Assembly: GCF_001194135.2 (NCBI RefSeq)
Contig: NC_068981.1
Coordinates: 40,016,845 to 40,080,844 of the forward strand
Length of the DNA: 64,000 bases
Direction of reading: 5' to 3'
From: Octopus bimaculoides
Lineage: Eukaryota
The notes beneath the pieces are model-generated. The model saw only the letters and a program-made list of their open reading frames with translations, had not been told where the DNA came from and searched no databases. Shown one piece after another: positions 38,396-51,423 of the stretch (within the stretch, counting starts at the first letter, position 1; every line of letters starts with the position of its first letter). A program made the position numbers and the translations under genes.

Positions 38396-38950
38396 AAGTA
38401 AAATGGTGTTAATAGTCCCTTTACTGATTGATATGTAGATAAATAATTGTTTCTTAGAGTTGAAAGTACGACTAGAGTATTACGTGAAAATATAATGTAA
38501 CTTTAAAACGACTATGAACTACACATAAACTTATTTCAGAGACTACTAAGATAATATGATGAACTTCCATTCAATCTCAACGATGGACGCTCCATTGCTT
38601 GACCATTCCAAAAATTAATGCTTAAGCGATTGGATATTTCTCGGGCACATGTACTCATAACGTAGTTCTCAGACTGAATCATCAACAGGAGGCTGGTTCT
38701 TGGAGCTTGTTACATTATCAATCCACAGATAAATAGAAAGAAAAGAAAGCTGGGAATCGCTTCCATCACTGGAGTGATATTGAATATATCAACTCCTGAA
38801 GAATGAAAAGCAAACAAGATCTCAGCAGAACTTGATCTCAAAGTGCAGAAAACCGGAACGATGTCATTAGGAATTCAAGCAAATGGCTTGAAGTTTCCAC
38901 TAATTCGCCAGTTTTAAAATAAGATTAACAGCATTTCAAAGGTAACATTA

Positions 38951-41232
38951 CGCTGTACAACAATGATTTTGCTACAGAGAAGAGATCATCATTTTCTGGA
39001 ACAGTTTTTATCATAGATAATGAAAATGAACTCCGATTTTCATGGAATCACTCCAGTGTTTCGTAAAATAGGCCGTCACTAAACGGTATGTTTTTGCTAG
39101 AAAGTGGATCGTTTTCTGTAAAAATAACATTTTTCATAGAATTAAAATAAGTTGTCTGCAAAATGGGTTGTTATCAATAGTAAATACGTTACTTGCGTCT
39201 TTTATAAAAGGAAGAATAATACAATATTTATGTTTCTTTCTATGTATAGCATCAGATCTATCTCTCTGTAGAAACCAACAAAAGTCAGCAAGCATGGCGG
39301 GACTCCACTTCCCCTCAGATCGAGTGGAATCTCTCACCGTGTTTGTCGCTCATGCCTGCTGCATTCTGAGGAAATAAAGCTAGATGCGAATGCGAATAGC
39401 GAACTTTTAACGACATAATGATTTAACACCCTAATGATTTGTACGAATCAATGAACTTTTCTACAAGTACTTCATAGCTGGGTGCTCTGTACTTCCCAAG
39501 TAGACTATTACATACGTTTCTGAAACTTTGCCATGCATTCTATTCCAACACATTCAAGGTGTTTTCAAAATTATCGTTTGTCAAAAGGTGCCGAATTTGG
39601 GGACCGACAAACACACCTTCTTTCATTTTCGCATAGCTTAGTATGGGAAAATTAGTTTTCAAGTACAAAAATAGTGGCTCTTCTAGATTTAACTTCTTAA
39701 CAAACTGTTTGATAGGGTCTAATTTAATATGCAATGGAGGCAAAATTATTTTCTCCTTAAGAACTAGTAGTTCACGTATAACGTTATGTGAACCTATTTC
39801 TTATTCATTTCTCAATGGCCATTCACTACGGATATAATGCTCTTCCCTCGGCATGGCTGTCTTATTGACACAAAAAGCACATGTACTTAGTAAACCCAGC
39901 CTGCAAGCCACTTACAATCGCTACAACTTTCAAGTTAGCACAAATCAGCCATTACACTCATTATATATTATACAACCTAATATGAACGATAAATTTTCAT
40001 ACGTTTCCTTTAGAACAACAGAATGAGCTACAGGAACTGACGGAAGTTTATTACCTATGTGCGGTAGCACAGCTTTAGTACTATAAACCTAAGAGTCTCG
40101 GAATAGCCTCACTCACTAGGGTCGTAATTTAAGCCAAGCTCCTCAAATAATCCCGGTATGTCGTTACAATAACACAAGCTGCCATCCATTTCAAATTTTT
40201 CTATTAAACCATCTGGACGATTTCGAAATTTTGTGATGCTGACATCTTGAGTTTCCAAGTTTCTTTCCTTTAACCTAGAAGACAGTAACTCGCTCTGCAT
40301 TTTCGTTAATCTCAAATCTCGAACAAGATCGTTTAACTCATCCTGTGCTAGGGGTTCCGGTCCGGACTAATCTGATGTAGGCACATACAGCTCATCTTCT
40401 TCACAATTCTCTTCTGATTCACTAGTATCGGATAAAACCATTTTCACGGGTACCGCAGGTATCGGAATGCCGGCCGAATGAGGTACAGACCGAATGGCGG
40501 ATTTTAGATTCGGATACACTACCGACGACGCACACTTCGTTGTTATGCCTGTTAAGAAAATAAATTATATTATAGCATTTCCTATATTTAATGTATCGAA
40601 TAAAAATAAATATATTTAGATAAATATATGCTAAGTTTACTGCAAATAAAAACACACCTTTAACATCTACAAGATAGAAATAGTAGTCAGAATGGTGGTC
40701 TTGTGGATCATGCCAATTCATTGGAATACCAAACTGTATACTTTATGACTTTCCCAAAGACCATTTTGAAAGACCACTGGTACATACTGTGTAACAGATA
40801 TGTGGTGCCCAACTTTTATCTTCGTCTCCTATCTTGACTCAAAAATATAGATAATACTGCCTTTTTTTTTTTTTTTACCAATGGCCTAATAATTCTTGAA
40901 TTCTTCTGGAATTTCAAAGCACTACAGATATAACAAAATTTGTCTGGGTGATTTCTACACTGCCCTCTTGACATTTTAATGCAATTTTTATTCAAATTAA
41001 AGATTTGATTAAATATTTATAGGTATTTTATAGGATTTTTTTTCTCTGAAAATCTGAAAAATAAAACATTAAAATTATAAAAATACCCTAATATTAAAAA
41101 GCCGAATTACCATAAACTAGAGTCAGTGTGTGAGAAACGGTTGCCATTTCCGTGATCTACGCATAAAATTATCCTAGAAAACGTTATTCTCATCTCTGTA
41201 GTTGAAATAATGTTCATTTTTGTAGTATAGTG
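38951..41232 (-). mobile_element. Chapaev3-like (CMC) DNA transposon, near full length, decayed
   Basis: Minus translation pieces: W.DPQDHHSDYYFYL..KGITTK..VVYPNL.SAIRSVPH, ELNDLVRDLRLTKMQSELLSSRLKERNL, PPLHIKL..KQFVK, AKMKEGVFVGPQIR, GKWSPAMLADFCW. Imperfect ~90-bp TIRs (CGCTGTAC... / ...GTATAGTG) are flanked by TTA and TTT. The family name is from recall of these motifs. Confidence 0.7.
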
Positions 41233-41745
41233 TTTTCAGCAAAAATGGTGCAAGGGAGACAACTCTGTATTTTTTTCCTCTCCTTACACTTTATAGTGAG
41301 TAGATCTAAATGTTTTGTTTCTGTTTCTGTTTTAGATAACACTTCATGTCATATCTAATTAGCAGAAATAGTAGAACACTATATTTTATTAATCACATGC
41401 AGTATTTAGTGAAATTACATTCTAGGTTCAAATCCAGCTGAAAGAACTTTTCATAAAATTTCTCCAGGATGCATAGAACAATTTAATTGATTATCCCCTT
41501 CAAGAAAATTTAGCGCACACATCCATCAATGCTATTATTATAATAAAAGAAATCATCATTATTATAATTGAAAGATATTTTTAAGATAGTAGTAGTAGTT
41601 GTTGTTGTAGTGGTAGTAGTAGTAGTAAGTCATTCGTCTGTATCGCCTCCAGTGCTTTAATAGGTACCAGTTCACCACTGTAATCGGCATACCTCACCTC
41701 TCCCTAAATTTACTAGCTCTTCTCCAAACTTTGAAACCATTATTA

Positions 41746-41807
<62 letters not shown>

Positions 41808-41988
41808 TCTGCCTTAGCGAAGGCGGAGGTGTTTTCAGTCGTGTTTGGGATCTTTTCAATCTGACCGACAGATTTTTTAAAATTATTTTTTTTAACTAAT
41901 TGTTAACTAATTTTAATTATTTTAACTAATTTTAATTATTCTTTTAAAACAAATTTTAACTAATCTTAATTATTTTATTTTTAACATA

Positions 41989-42325
41989 GCCGCAGGAGTG
42001 GTTGTGTGGTAGATAGCTATAGCCGCAGGAGTGGCTGTGTGGTAAGTAGCTTGCTTACCAACCACATGGTTCTGGGTTCAGTCCCACTGGGTGGCACTTT
42101 GGGCAAGTGTTTTCTACTATGGCCTCGGGCCGACCAAAGCCTTGTGAGTGGAGTTGATAGACGGAAACTGGAAGAAGCCCGTCGTATATGTATATATATG
42201 TGTGTGTGTGTGTGTATGTCTGTGTGTCTGTTTGTCCCCCAACATCGCTTGACAACCGATGCTGGTGTGTTTACGTCCCAGGAACCTAGCGGTTCGGCAA
42301 AACAGACCGATAGAATAAGTACTAA
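41989..42325 (+). mobile_element. SINE family B, 5' half (tRNA head plus CORE-like segment)
   Basis: GGAGTGGCTGTGTGGTAAGTAGC...GGGTTCAGTCCC...CTTTGGGCAAGTG. The first ~27 bp of the head is tandemly duplicated. Confidence 0.8.
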
Positions 42326-42844
42326 TTTTTGAGAGCGGTCGGGTTCATTTTTAGTATTCTCGTTTGTGAGAGCAGTCGAGTTTATTTCAGATATTCTCAT
42401 TTTAAAAATAATCTCCGGCTAATCATTGAGAAGACGTTAGCGTTGCCTTGGCGGAAGTTTGCGCTCTGTGAATGCTCTTGTTATTATTATCATCATCATT
42501 TTCATCATCATTCAGTTCTGCTTCCATTTCTTGCCGAGTGTCTTCCTGGTACCTACAGAAGAGAAACTCACTGTATACATTGGTAGGCAATTAAAATAAA
42601 CAACAGATTGTTCATTTACAGAGTCATGTGATAGAGAAAAAAGGGCAAAAAGATAGAGAGAAAAAATAAAAAATAAAAAAGTAAACAAAGAAAATAAAGA
42701 GGGTAAAAGGAACAAAAATTCACAGCGACGATGCTCTTCTCAGTACGTGTGACGTACCAGTTTAAACAATCTTCTGCACTTCCTGCATGTATCGTAAGCC
42801 AGGGATCTATTATTAGTATTATTATTATTATTATTATTATTATT

Positions 42845-43255
42845 GAGTGAGAGAGGAGTGCATTCCATCAAAGTGACACTTGAGTTAAATATACGAAGCC
42901 CAGTATACCCATCATGACTTCCCGTCTTTTAAGGGTGCACCAGGCACATGCATCACAGTCATATGTGCGCGACATGATGATCTCATATCAAGATAAACAG
43001 TGCATGACCTCGCAGGTGGGGCCCAGTTAGAATTTTCTTCGGGTTGAGTAGCCATCCCGCTCAAAACGTCCCTGAGTAAGGGTCGTTTAAGGATGTTGAA
43101 CTAGACACCCATGTTTCCAGAGGTGAATTATCCAAACCCCAAAGAATTCCTCTCAACACATGGCTGAGAGATGCATATATTATCAGCCACCAAGGGACAT
43201 GCTCAACTGGTTAAGGTAAAACAACTGACAAGCAAATCTGTGGTATTAAACAGTT
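42845..43255 (-). mobile_element. Unclassified retroposon 3' end with (AAT)n tail
   Basis: GC-richer block ending in an (ATT)n run on its left. No recognisable ORF. Confidence 0.4.
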
Positions 43256-43506
43256 AAGATCAGAAACCATGAGAGTCACTGTCTTATTATTGTTATTACT
43301 GTTATCGCGTATAGGGCGGATCCGGTCATCAGCCGAGTCCATCGTGAAGATCGCCCCGCCGCTTTCCTTTCTTTGACCGGGAAGGAAATGCAGCTTTCCT
43401 CTGTCTGGTGGCTATGACGAAAGAAGTAGTGTGGTAGACGAGACTGAAAGGACTGAAGACAGATACTTTCCCAATTTGTCGTGTCCGGCCCTTGTGGCCA
43501 ATAAAA

Positions 43507-43524
43507 GTATTATTATTATTATTA

Positions 43525-43582
<58 letters not shown>

Positions 43583-43584
43583 CA

Positions 43585-43655
<71 letters not shown>
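43507..43655. repeat. (ATT)n microsatellite
   Basis: Direct reading. Confidence 0.95.
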
Positions 43656-43657
<2 letters not shown>

Positions 43658-44270
43658 GGCAGCGAAGTGACAGAATTATTACAACGACCGACGAAACCCG
43701 TAGCGGTGTTTCATCTGCAGCTACGTTCTGAGTTCAAATTCTGCCGAGGTTGTCTTTGCTTTCATCCTTTTGAGGTCGATAAATTAAGTACCAGTGAAAC
43801 ACTGGGGTTGATGTAATCGACTAGTACCTTCTCCCAAAATGTCAGGCCTTGTGCATATAGTAGAAAGGCCTGTTATTGTTATTAAGGCAGTGAGTTGGCA
43901 GAATCGTTAGCACGCTGGACGAAATTCTCAGAGGTATTTCGCCCGTCGCTACGTTCTGAGTTCAAATCCCGCCGAGATCGGCTTTGCCTTTCATCCTTTC
44001 GGGTTCGATAAACTAAGTACCAGTTGAGTACTGGAAAACGATATAATCGACTATCCTCCTTCCCCTAAATTTCAGGCTTTGTGCCTATTGTACAAAGGAT
44101 TATTATTATTATTATTATAATCATTATTATGTCGTTAGCATGCTGAGCGAGATGCTTAGCAGTATTTCGTCTGCCGTAAGGTTCTGAGTTCAAATACCGC
44201 CGATGTCGATTTTGCCTTTCATCTTTTCGGAGTCGATAAAATAAGTACCAGTTGAACACTGGCGTCGATG
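43656..44270 (+). mobile_element. Three head-to-tail SINE family A copies
   Basis: Heads near 43656, 43885 and 44130, separated by ATT-rich tails. Confidence 0.85.
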
Positions 44271-44927
44271 TAACACCACAAAATGATTACACCGGCAAAC
44301 ACAAAAACGTGGTCCAACAAGCAATCCCCGACGAAGCCGCTTGAACTGCTAGTAATATACAAATCCCCATTGAATCATATTCTGTCATCTTAAATATAGA
44401 AGTAGTCTCTGATATACGAAAAGCTGAGTTATTCATAGGTCTGTTCAATCAAGGCTGACCTTGGGTCAAACAACATAACACGTTCGCATGCATGCACACA
44501 CGCGCGCGTGTCTGTAAATCACCTGCGAATGTTGTTTTATACTTAACAACTTTTTCAGTAATCTACAGCCAACAACTTATTTACTTGCGTAGCCATCACA
44601 TTGCAATTTTTGTGAACATGCTTTATTTTCCCATAGTTACGACCCCAACCGGTCAAGTAACAGGACAAATATCAGCTCTGAGACCTACAAGTATATCAAA
44701 ATACCATATGAAGTTAACCTTGAATCACAGAACACTATCTTACATATTAGAAATTTGGCAAGAGAACATTATGAATGTATGGATCAGGAGGCTTGTTCAT
44801 CCATGAGTTTAGCCGGATATCATAGTAAACTGTCTCCGAGTGGTTTTGTAGTAGTTGGGCAGCAGACATGCATATGTCCTTCAATCCCTCCTGTACTACA
44901 CTAATTTCTTGGCTTTCCTCATATCTG

Positions 44928-45707
44928 TCCCTCGAAACTATTGATAATCATCTCTTTCAGTTAGAAATTATTTAATCTTAAAGACTGAAATGCCCAGTCA
45001 TCAAATAATATACAGCTTTGATGGTATGGAAGCATGTAAATATTTGATTACAGCCATCAAGTGTAAATCTGCGTGCCTACCTCATTTCTTGCTTCACCTG
45101 GTAGTGCTGAATGCATTTCTCCTCCGTATTTTCATTTCTACTCCAATCAACTTTTAATTCATCTTCGATTGATATTTGAACCGCTTCTTTGGTCCTCCAG
45201 CCAGGCGCTAGCCATAATGTAGCTGAGCGCACAGGATTGTGCAGATGATACTCGAACCAGACATGCACATTACATGTTTGAACTATCTCAGTTGATGTCA
45301 ATATTACGTAAATTCAATTGTTGCCGACATTGAACCGATGAAGACTTTGTATGCATAATCCCATCTTAGCAGGAGTAATCCCATCTTGGCATCTTCCAGA
45401 GTCTTACTGTATCCGCTAGATGTAGTTCATGTCTCACACCCACACAGCACAATGGAAATACAGATTGACATTGACGAGGTTCTTGGTATAGGTACTGAGA
45501 TGATTATATGGAGGAGAAATGCATTCAGCACTACCAGGAGAAGCAAGAAATGAGGTAGGTACGCAGATTTACACTTGATGGCTGTAACCAAATGTTTACA
45601 TGCTTCCATACCAGCAAAGCTGTATATTATTTGATGACTGGGCATTTCAATCTTTAAGATTAAATCATTTCTAACTGAAAGAGAGGATTATCAATAGTTT
45701 CGAGGGA
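44928..45707. mobile_element. RTE LINE 3' fragment (minus) with its terminal ~202 bp repeated in inverted orientation
   Basis: Arms 44928-45129 and 45506-45707 are reverse complements. The spacer translates on minus as VLCGCET* and R*FKHVMCM...LAGGPKKRFK (RTE LYGCETW / GGPKKRFKD motifs). Confidence 0.8.
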
Positions 45708-45997
45708 TAATAGTATCATTGTATCTAAGTTCTTTGGGGGAGTGTACTGTGACTCTGATATGATGTTTACTAGTATTGAGAAAATTAGCCCAATTTTTAG
45801 TAAAACTTTGACCAAGACATTCTCAGCAATGATCATAGGTCTTTGCAGGGCCTCTCAGACGAGCAAAAGAGAGTGAGAGGCATCTTTAGGTCATGGATCT
45901 GACTTGAATGCATGCAAGAGAGGACTCCATAAAAAGTACTTAAGGTGCCTGATGGTGGCGATAAGCAAGGCAACAGATTAAGTTTAATGCCAATATT

Positions 45998-46215
45998 ATA
46001 AGGCGGTGAGCTAGCAGAAACGTTAGCTCGCCGGGCGAAATGCTTAGCGGTATGTTGTCTGTCTTTACGTTCTGAGTTCAAGTTTAGCCGAGGTCGACTT
46101 TGCCTTTCATCCTTTCGGAGTCGATAAATTAAGTACCAGTTGCATACTGAGGTCGATCTAATCGACTGGCCCCCTCCCACAAAATTTCGGGCCTTGTGCC
46201 TAGAGTAGAAAATAA
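45998..46215 (+). mobile_element. SINE family A, well-conserved copy
   Basis: GGCGGTGAGCTAGCAGAAACGTTAGC...GAGTTCAAG...TTTCATCCTTTCGGAGTCGATAAATTAAGTACCAG. Confidence 0.9.
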
Positions 46216-46295
46216 TATTATAAGGATACAAAGAGCCAAGGTATTCCGTTGGTGATCTTCTGACAGCCCACCACCCTTGACTAGCAAATGATCTA

Positions 46296-46511
46296 CGAGG
46301 GATGCTGAAAAGTTTATGGCTTTAAGTTTATGGCGAAAGGCGTGGTTGGAGACCCAAACTTCCGAGTTCTTTTACAGGGCTTAGAAAAACTGAAGGGCTG
46401 CAGCAACAAGTGTGTGAATCTGAGAGGGGAACATGTTGAATAAAATCATAATTAACTGATCCTCCTATATTTTCTGTTACTCAAAGCCAAGAACTTTTCA
46501 GCGCTTCCTCG
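46296..46511. mobile_element. Mariner-derived MITE, copy 2
   Basis: TA|CGAGGGATGCTGAAAAGTT...AACTTTTCAGCGCTTCCTCG|TA. Confidence 0.85.
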
Positions 46512-47514
46512 TATCGACCCCAGAGGGATAAAAGGTAACGTTGATTCAGAATCCTAAATACCAGCCTTTTGCCAATAAACTTACCTTATTACATATAAGT
46601 TGTATAAATTACAATATGCATTGATAATATACTGTAAACGAAACTTTGGACAAAAATATTTTCAACAATCATTGCTCTGACGTGCTGTGAGAAGGCAGTA
46701 TTGAAATACATGCAAGTTTTATACTTGACTTCGCCCTATTATTAGGCAATTCAACGATGGATGCCTAACATGACTGACTTCAGGAATGGAGTGTATTTCC
46801 GTGCTGTAGCTATCATAGGATTAGATCCCAGCACTCAAAGTTGTCAAATAACCAAGCTCTACTTTATATGGTACCTATATACAACTAGCAAAGAAGGATG
46901 ATGGGTTAAATGTCAGACCATAAAAATAATTATCGTAATCAAACCTCATTTAATTATTACATGAAACCTTGTGAAGAGAAGAATTATTACATGAAACTTT
47001 GAAGAGAAGAAATCGAATAAGTGGTATTCTTTCTTTTTGATGGCTCCAAAGACGGCGGGTTGTTAATGGAAGCAGAACTCTTATAAAGCCAGTTTAACTG
47101 AACGCAACGCCCCATACTCCGACACTTGCTACGGAAAAGCCATAGGAATTTTGTAAACATTTTCTCTTAGAGGCATATTTATGGACATTTATAGATTTAC
47201 AAAGGAAAACTTAATTTACGACAAAAAAAATGATTCGATTCTATTTAATATTACTACCAAAGAAACGTTATTAAATGACTTTAAAATGGTTGTGCTTAAA
47301 ATTACAATTTCCAGTGAAACCTTACATAATGTAATCAAATTTTGTATTGCACACAAATTAAATTCAAGAAATTGCCATTCATTTTATTATTTCAAGTACT
47401 TAGCTTTGATCAATGTAGCATCAATTTGTCTCACGCTGCTATGGATCTGTACCCATAAGGTATTTGAAGGTATTAACTTCTGGTGTTATCCTAAGGGTGT
47501 TTTAACTTGTGTGC

Positions 47515-47604
<90 letters not shown>

Positions 47605-47637
47605 GCTGCTGTTTTTCATGTTGTTGCTGTCTTGTTC

Positions 47638-48090
47638 AGGCGGCGAGCTGGCAGAATCGTTATCACGCCGGGCGAAATGCTTAGTGACATTTCGTTTGCC
47701 GTTACGTTCTGAGTACAAATTCCGCCGAGGTCGACTTTGCCTTTCATCCTTTCGGGATCGATTAAATAAGTACCAGTTATGCACAGGCGTCAATGTAATT
47801 GACTTAATCCCTTCCCCCAAATTTGAGGCCTTGCGCTTCCAGTAGAAAAAAATTATTATCATTCTTACTGTTGTTATTATTGTTGTTATGGCGACGAGCT
47901 GATAGAAACGTTACTGCACCGGACAAAATGCTTAGTTGCATTTCTTCCGTCTTTATAATCTGAGTTAAAACTCCCGAAGTCGACTTTACCCTTCATCCTT
48001 CCGGGGTCGATTGCATCAACCCCAGTTAAGCAACTGGAGTTGATGTAATCGACTAGGCCCCTATCCCAAAATTTCAGTCCTTGTGCTTAA
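47638..48090 (+). mobile_element. Two head-to-tail SINE family A copies after an (ATT)/(GTT) run
   Basis: Heads near 47638 and 47890. Confidence 0.85.
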
Positions 48091-49689
48091 AATTGAAAGA
48101 ATCATTGCTGCTGTTGTTATTTATGTTGTTGTTGTTGTTGTTGTTATTGATGTTGTTGCTATTATTGTTTTTGTTGTATTCCTGTTGTTGCTGTTGTTAT
48201 TTATGCTGTTGTTGTTGTTATTGATGGTGGTGGTGGTGGTGGTGGTATATCGGCAGGATGCCCTTTCAGATTGCTCGTTCCATTTGCTGTAAGTTCTATG
48301 GCGATGGTGCAATGGCGGCATGTACAGATCTAACCAGTTGGAAATCACACAGTAAGTTACAAATTTTGTTCGTCACCTATGCTTTAAACTATGCAGATCT
48401 GCAACGGAACAGAATAGCCATCTGAGTGGTTGGTCATGGATGGAAAGTCAGAAATCCCATTGACAACGAGGAAACACAAGGAGGCGGCAGTCATCTATGT
48501 AGATGGAACAGTCATCATGTATGTATCTATGAATGTTTGTATTTGTGTATGTGTATGTATGCTAGTGTGCATTTATGTATGATTGTACGCATTACAGACA
48601 CACAGATGTGTGTGTGTGTGTGTGTGTGGACTTCGTGTACTTTAAAATAAATTTAACTGTCGACAATTTCAGTTATTATGTATGCCGAAATAGAACCTAC
48701 CTGGAACAGAGCAGCAGAAGTAGAAAGAGAAGCAGCAGTAACAACAACAAATTCGCCGAAATGTAAAATGAAGAAGCGGGGAATCATTTCCTTAGCTCCG
48801 AAGTAATGACTTCGACCACTCCTATCGGCAACAAGAAACCAACATGATTAGTACTTAATATTTACCTTTGATTCTATATTAGGCAGAATGTATGTACGTG
48901 TGTATGTAATGAATATATTGTAGTGGATCACGATAGTTAGAAGTGAGGGCTGTTTATTGATAATTATTGGTTAATATGAGGATTTTAACAGGTCTTTGAC
49001 ATACAAAGCAATTATTTTCTTCTTTGTGACTGAATTACACACACACATAAATAGAGAGGGAAGAAAAGAGAGAGGGTGAGAGAAAGAGAGGCTGAGATGA
49101 AACGACCATAAATTACATGGTCTTACATCCCACCAAGGTTTACAAACTATTCTTTAAATCTGCAATAAGGTATTTATTGAACTTCAGATACAGTTTGATA
49201 ACCTCTGCAGCATTCGCAATCTCTATTCTCGTATGTTATACTCAATTACTGGCGTTAAATCAAGCTAAGGGAAATAACTGAAGCAAAACAATGGCATGAG
49301 ATTTTACAGAAATTTATCGATAATACTTTGAATAACTTGGCCCTCCAAATAAATAATTATTAAATAAATAATTCAATTAATTAAAATTTCCATTTTAGTG
49401 GGAGAAAGCAAACAAAAACCTATCGATAATATTTACCGACTTTCAAAGGAGAAGGGAGATAATTTCAATAACTGAAAATTGATTTAATAAAAATAATCAA
49501 GCTTAGGGAAAATCTTTTCTTTGTTTGCAAGCAACACAAAATACTCTATTTAAGCTGGATTTGATCATAGACCAAAAGGTTTTTCTTTTTTTTTTTTATC
49601 CAGTGAAACAAAGATATAAATAATTTGGCCAATAATAATTTTCAATTAATTGACAATTTTTTTTATAGGTACTTCATTCAGTCAACCAT

Positions 49690-50160
49690 TCCTTAATGGA
49701 TATGGTTTCAATCGCTTGCTTTACGACTTTTGCTTTTATATGTCAGACTTGTTTGGAGATATCTTGGAAGATATCTACTGCAACTGACAGTATAAGGGGA
49801 GAATTCCTAGTTCTGTGAGTCGAGATGCGGTGACACTGCCGGGAAAAGATTTCAAGCATGGAGTGGGGAGTCACATAGATAATTTTAGGCCCATAACTCC
49901 GCTAAACACAGATTTGAATATTTTGGTTATGTGTCAGCAAAGGGATTGATGCTTGTTGTCGATGGTCATATTGGGGATGTACAAACATGCGTCATCCCAG
50001 GCAAGTCTATCCACACCACCTCATGCGATACTTCATAGAGAGGATAGTTAAAGAACCTGCCCTGAATGGGACTCAGATCGATTTAGATCTACCAAAAACG
50101 TTAGGTCGGTCGGGTCGACCACCAATGCCTGGTGGCTGTTCTCACGGCAGCCGGTTAGAC
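49690..50160 (+). mobile_element. Tx1/L1-clade LINE RT fragment
   Basis: Frameshifted translation DNFRPITPLNTDL.IL / QTCVIPGKSI / LMRYFIE...QIDLDLPKTLGR, matching RPI.LLN.D.KIL, QT..PG.SI and LD..KAFDRV. Confidence 0.75.
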
Positions 50161-51317
50161 TGGTGCAGTGAACAGCAACATCTGCTCGGTAGTTCGGTAT
50201 GCAAATCACTACTGTCTCTTTATCCTTCATCGATTGATCAAATCAGATTTGGGCTGGATTCTGTTAATGAAATTGAATATGTCCTACACCTAACTGTTTA
50301 GCTATCTTAATACCTACTAACAAAGATTAGATTTTTTCTGCTGACTATGCGAATTAATGATGTGTAATTCTATTTTTCCTTCTTTCTTTAATTATTTAAA
50401 AAAATTATTGTCCGTTTACTGTGGAGAAGTCTCAAACTTCAATAATTAGAAATTTTTTTTTATCATTCACTACATTGCGTTCATTAAGCAGGAATAACAT
50501 ACTAGAATGACGAGCAAAAAGGGAATCTTTTTAACATTAACCGAATAGTTTAAATTTAACATTGAGTGTGAGAAGGAGAGTAATAATAAAGCTCATCACA
50601 AAACCCACCTCCATTATTACTATCATCCCTCAACATGCCTTTTAATATGTGCAGTAACCATCGTCATACTTAGAATGTTGATTTTATTCTAGCCAGCGGA
50701 ACAGATGTAAGGGACACAACTCTTTACGAATTTTATCGAACGTATTTTTGTACTGTTGATGCGTCCAAACTTGAATATTTATACTTAGAAAACGAAAATT
50801 AAAAAAATTTAAAAAACTATTATTTACAACAGCTTAATGTATCAATTATTTATTACCAATTGTTAATTATCTGTTTAATTGTATTCTATGAAACGATAAT
50901 GAAAATGAAGCAACAGTTGTAAAAACAAAACGCTGTTCTAGAGAATGTTGTGGAGCTTTGAGTAATACGACATATGATAAAAGTTTTCCAGCCATGAACA
51001 TCCCATTGTTTTCAACATACAGTGCATATCAAACTAAAGCAGTTCATTGATAAAGTCATTAGAAGGTATGATAGAATGCATTGCGATATTTTTTCTGCCT
51101 CTATGCACTCTGAATTCAAATTTTGCCGAGGTCTACTTTTCCTATCGGGGTCGATAAAAATTTACAAATCCAATGCTAGAGCAGCTCACTGCCCTCCAAC
51201 CATAGCTTTCCTCTCTCTTAGATCTTCCACTGGATCAAGGATGCTCGTAGCTACATATGCACCTAAAGCAATAGAAAAAGAAAGGCGCTTGTTGCTAAGT
51301 CATACACGCTTGCAGGT

Positions 51318-51423
51318 GGCGGCTGTAATGAGTAATTAATCAGGCGGCTGTAATGAGTAATTAATCAGGCGGCTGTAATGAGTAATTAATCAGGCGGCTG
51401 TAATGAGTAATTAATCAGGCGGC
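51318..51423. repeat. 25-bp minisatellite, 4 perfect units plus partial (GGCGGCTGTAATGAGTAATTAATCA)
   Basis: Direct reading. Confidence 0.95.

Noticed and set aside
47181-47684. 167-aa ORF
   Set aside because: C-terminal half is (ATT)/(GTT) microsatellite. N-terminal half has no family motif and is probably antisense to a very old LINE remnant.
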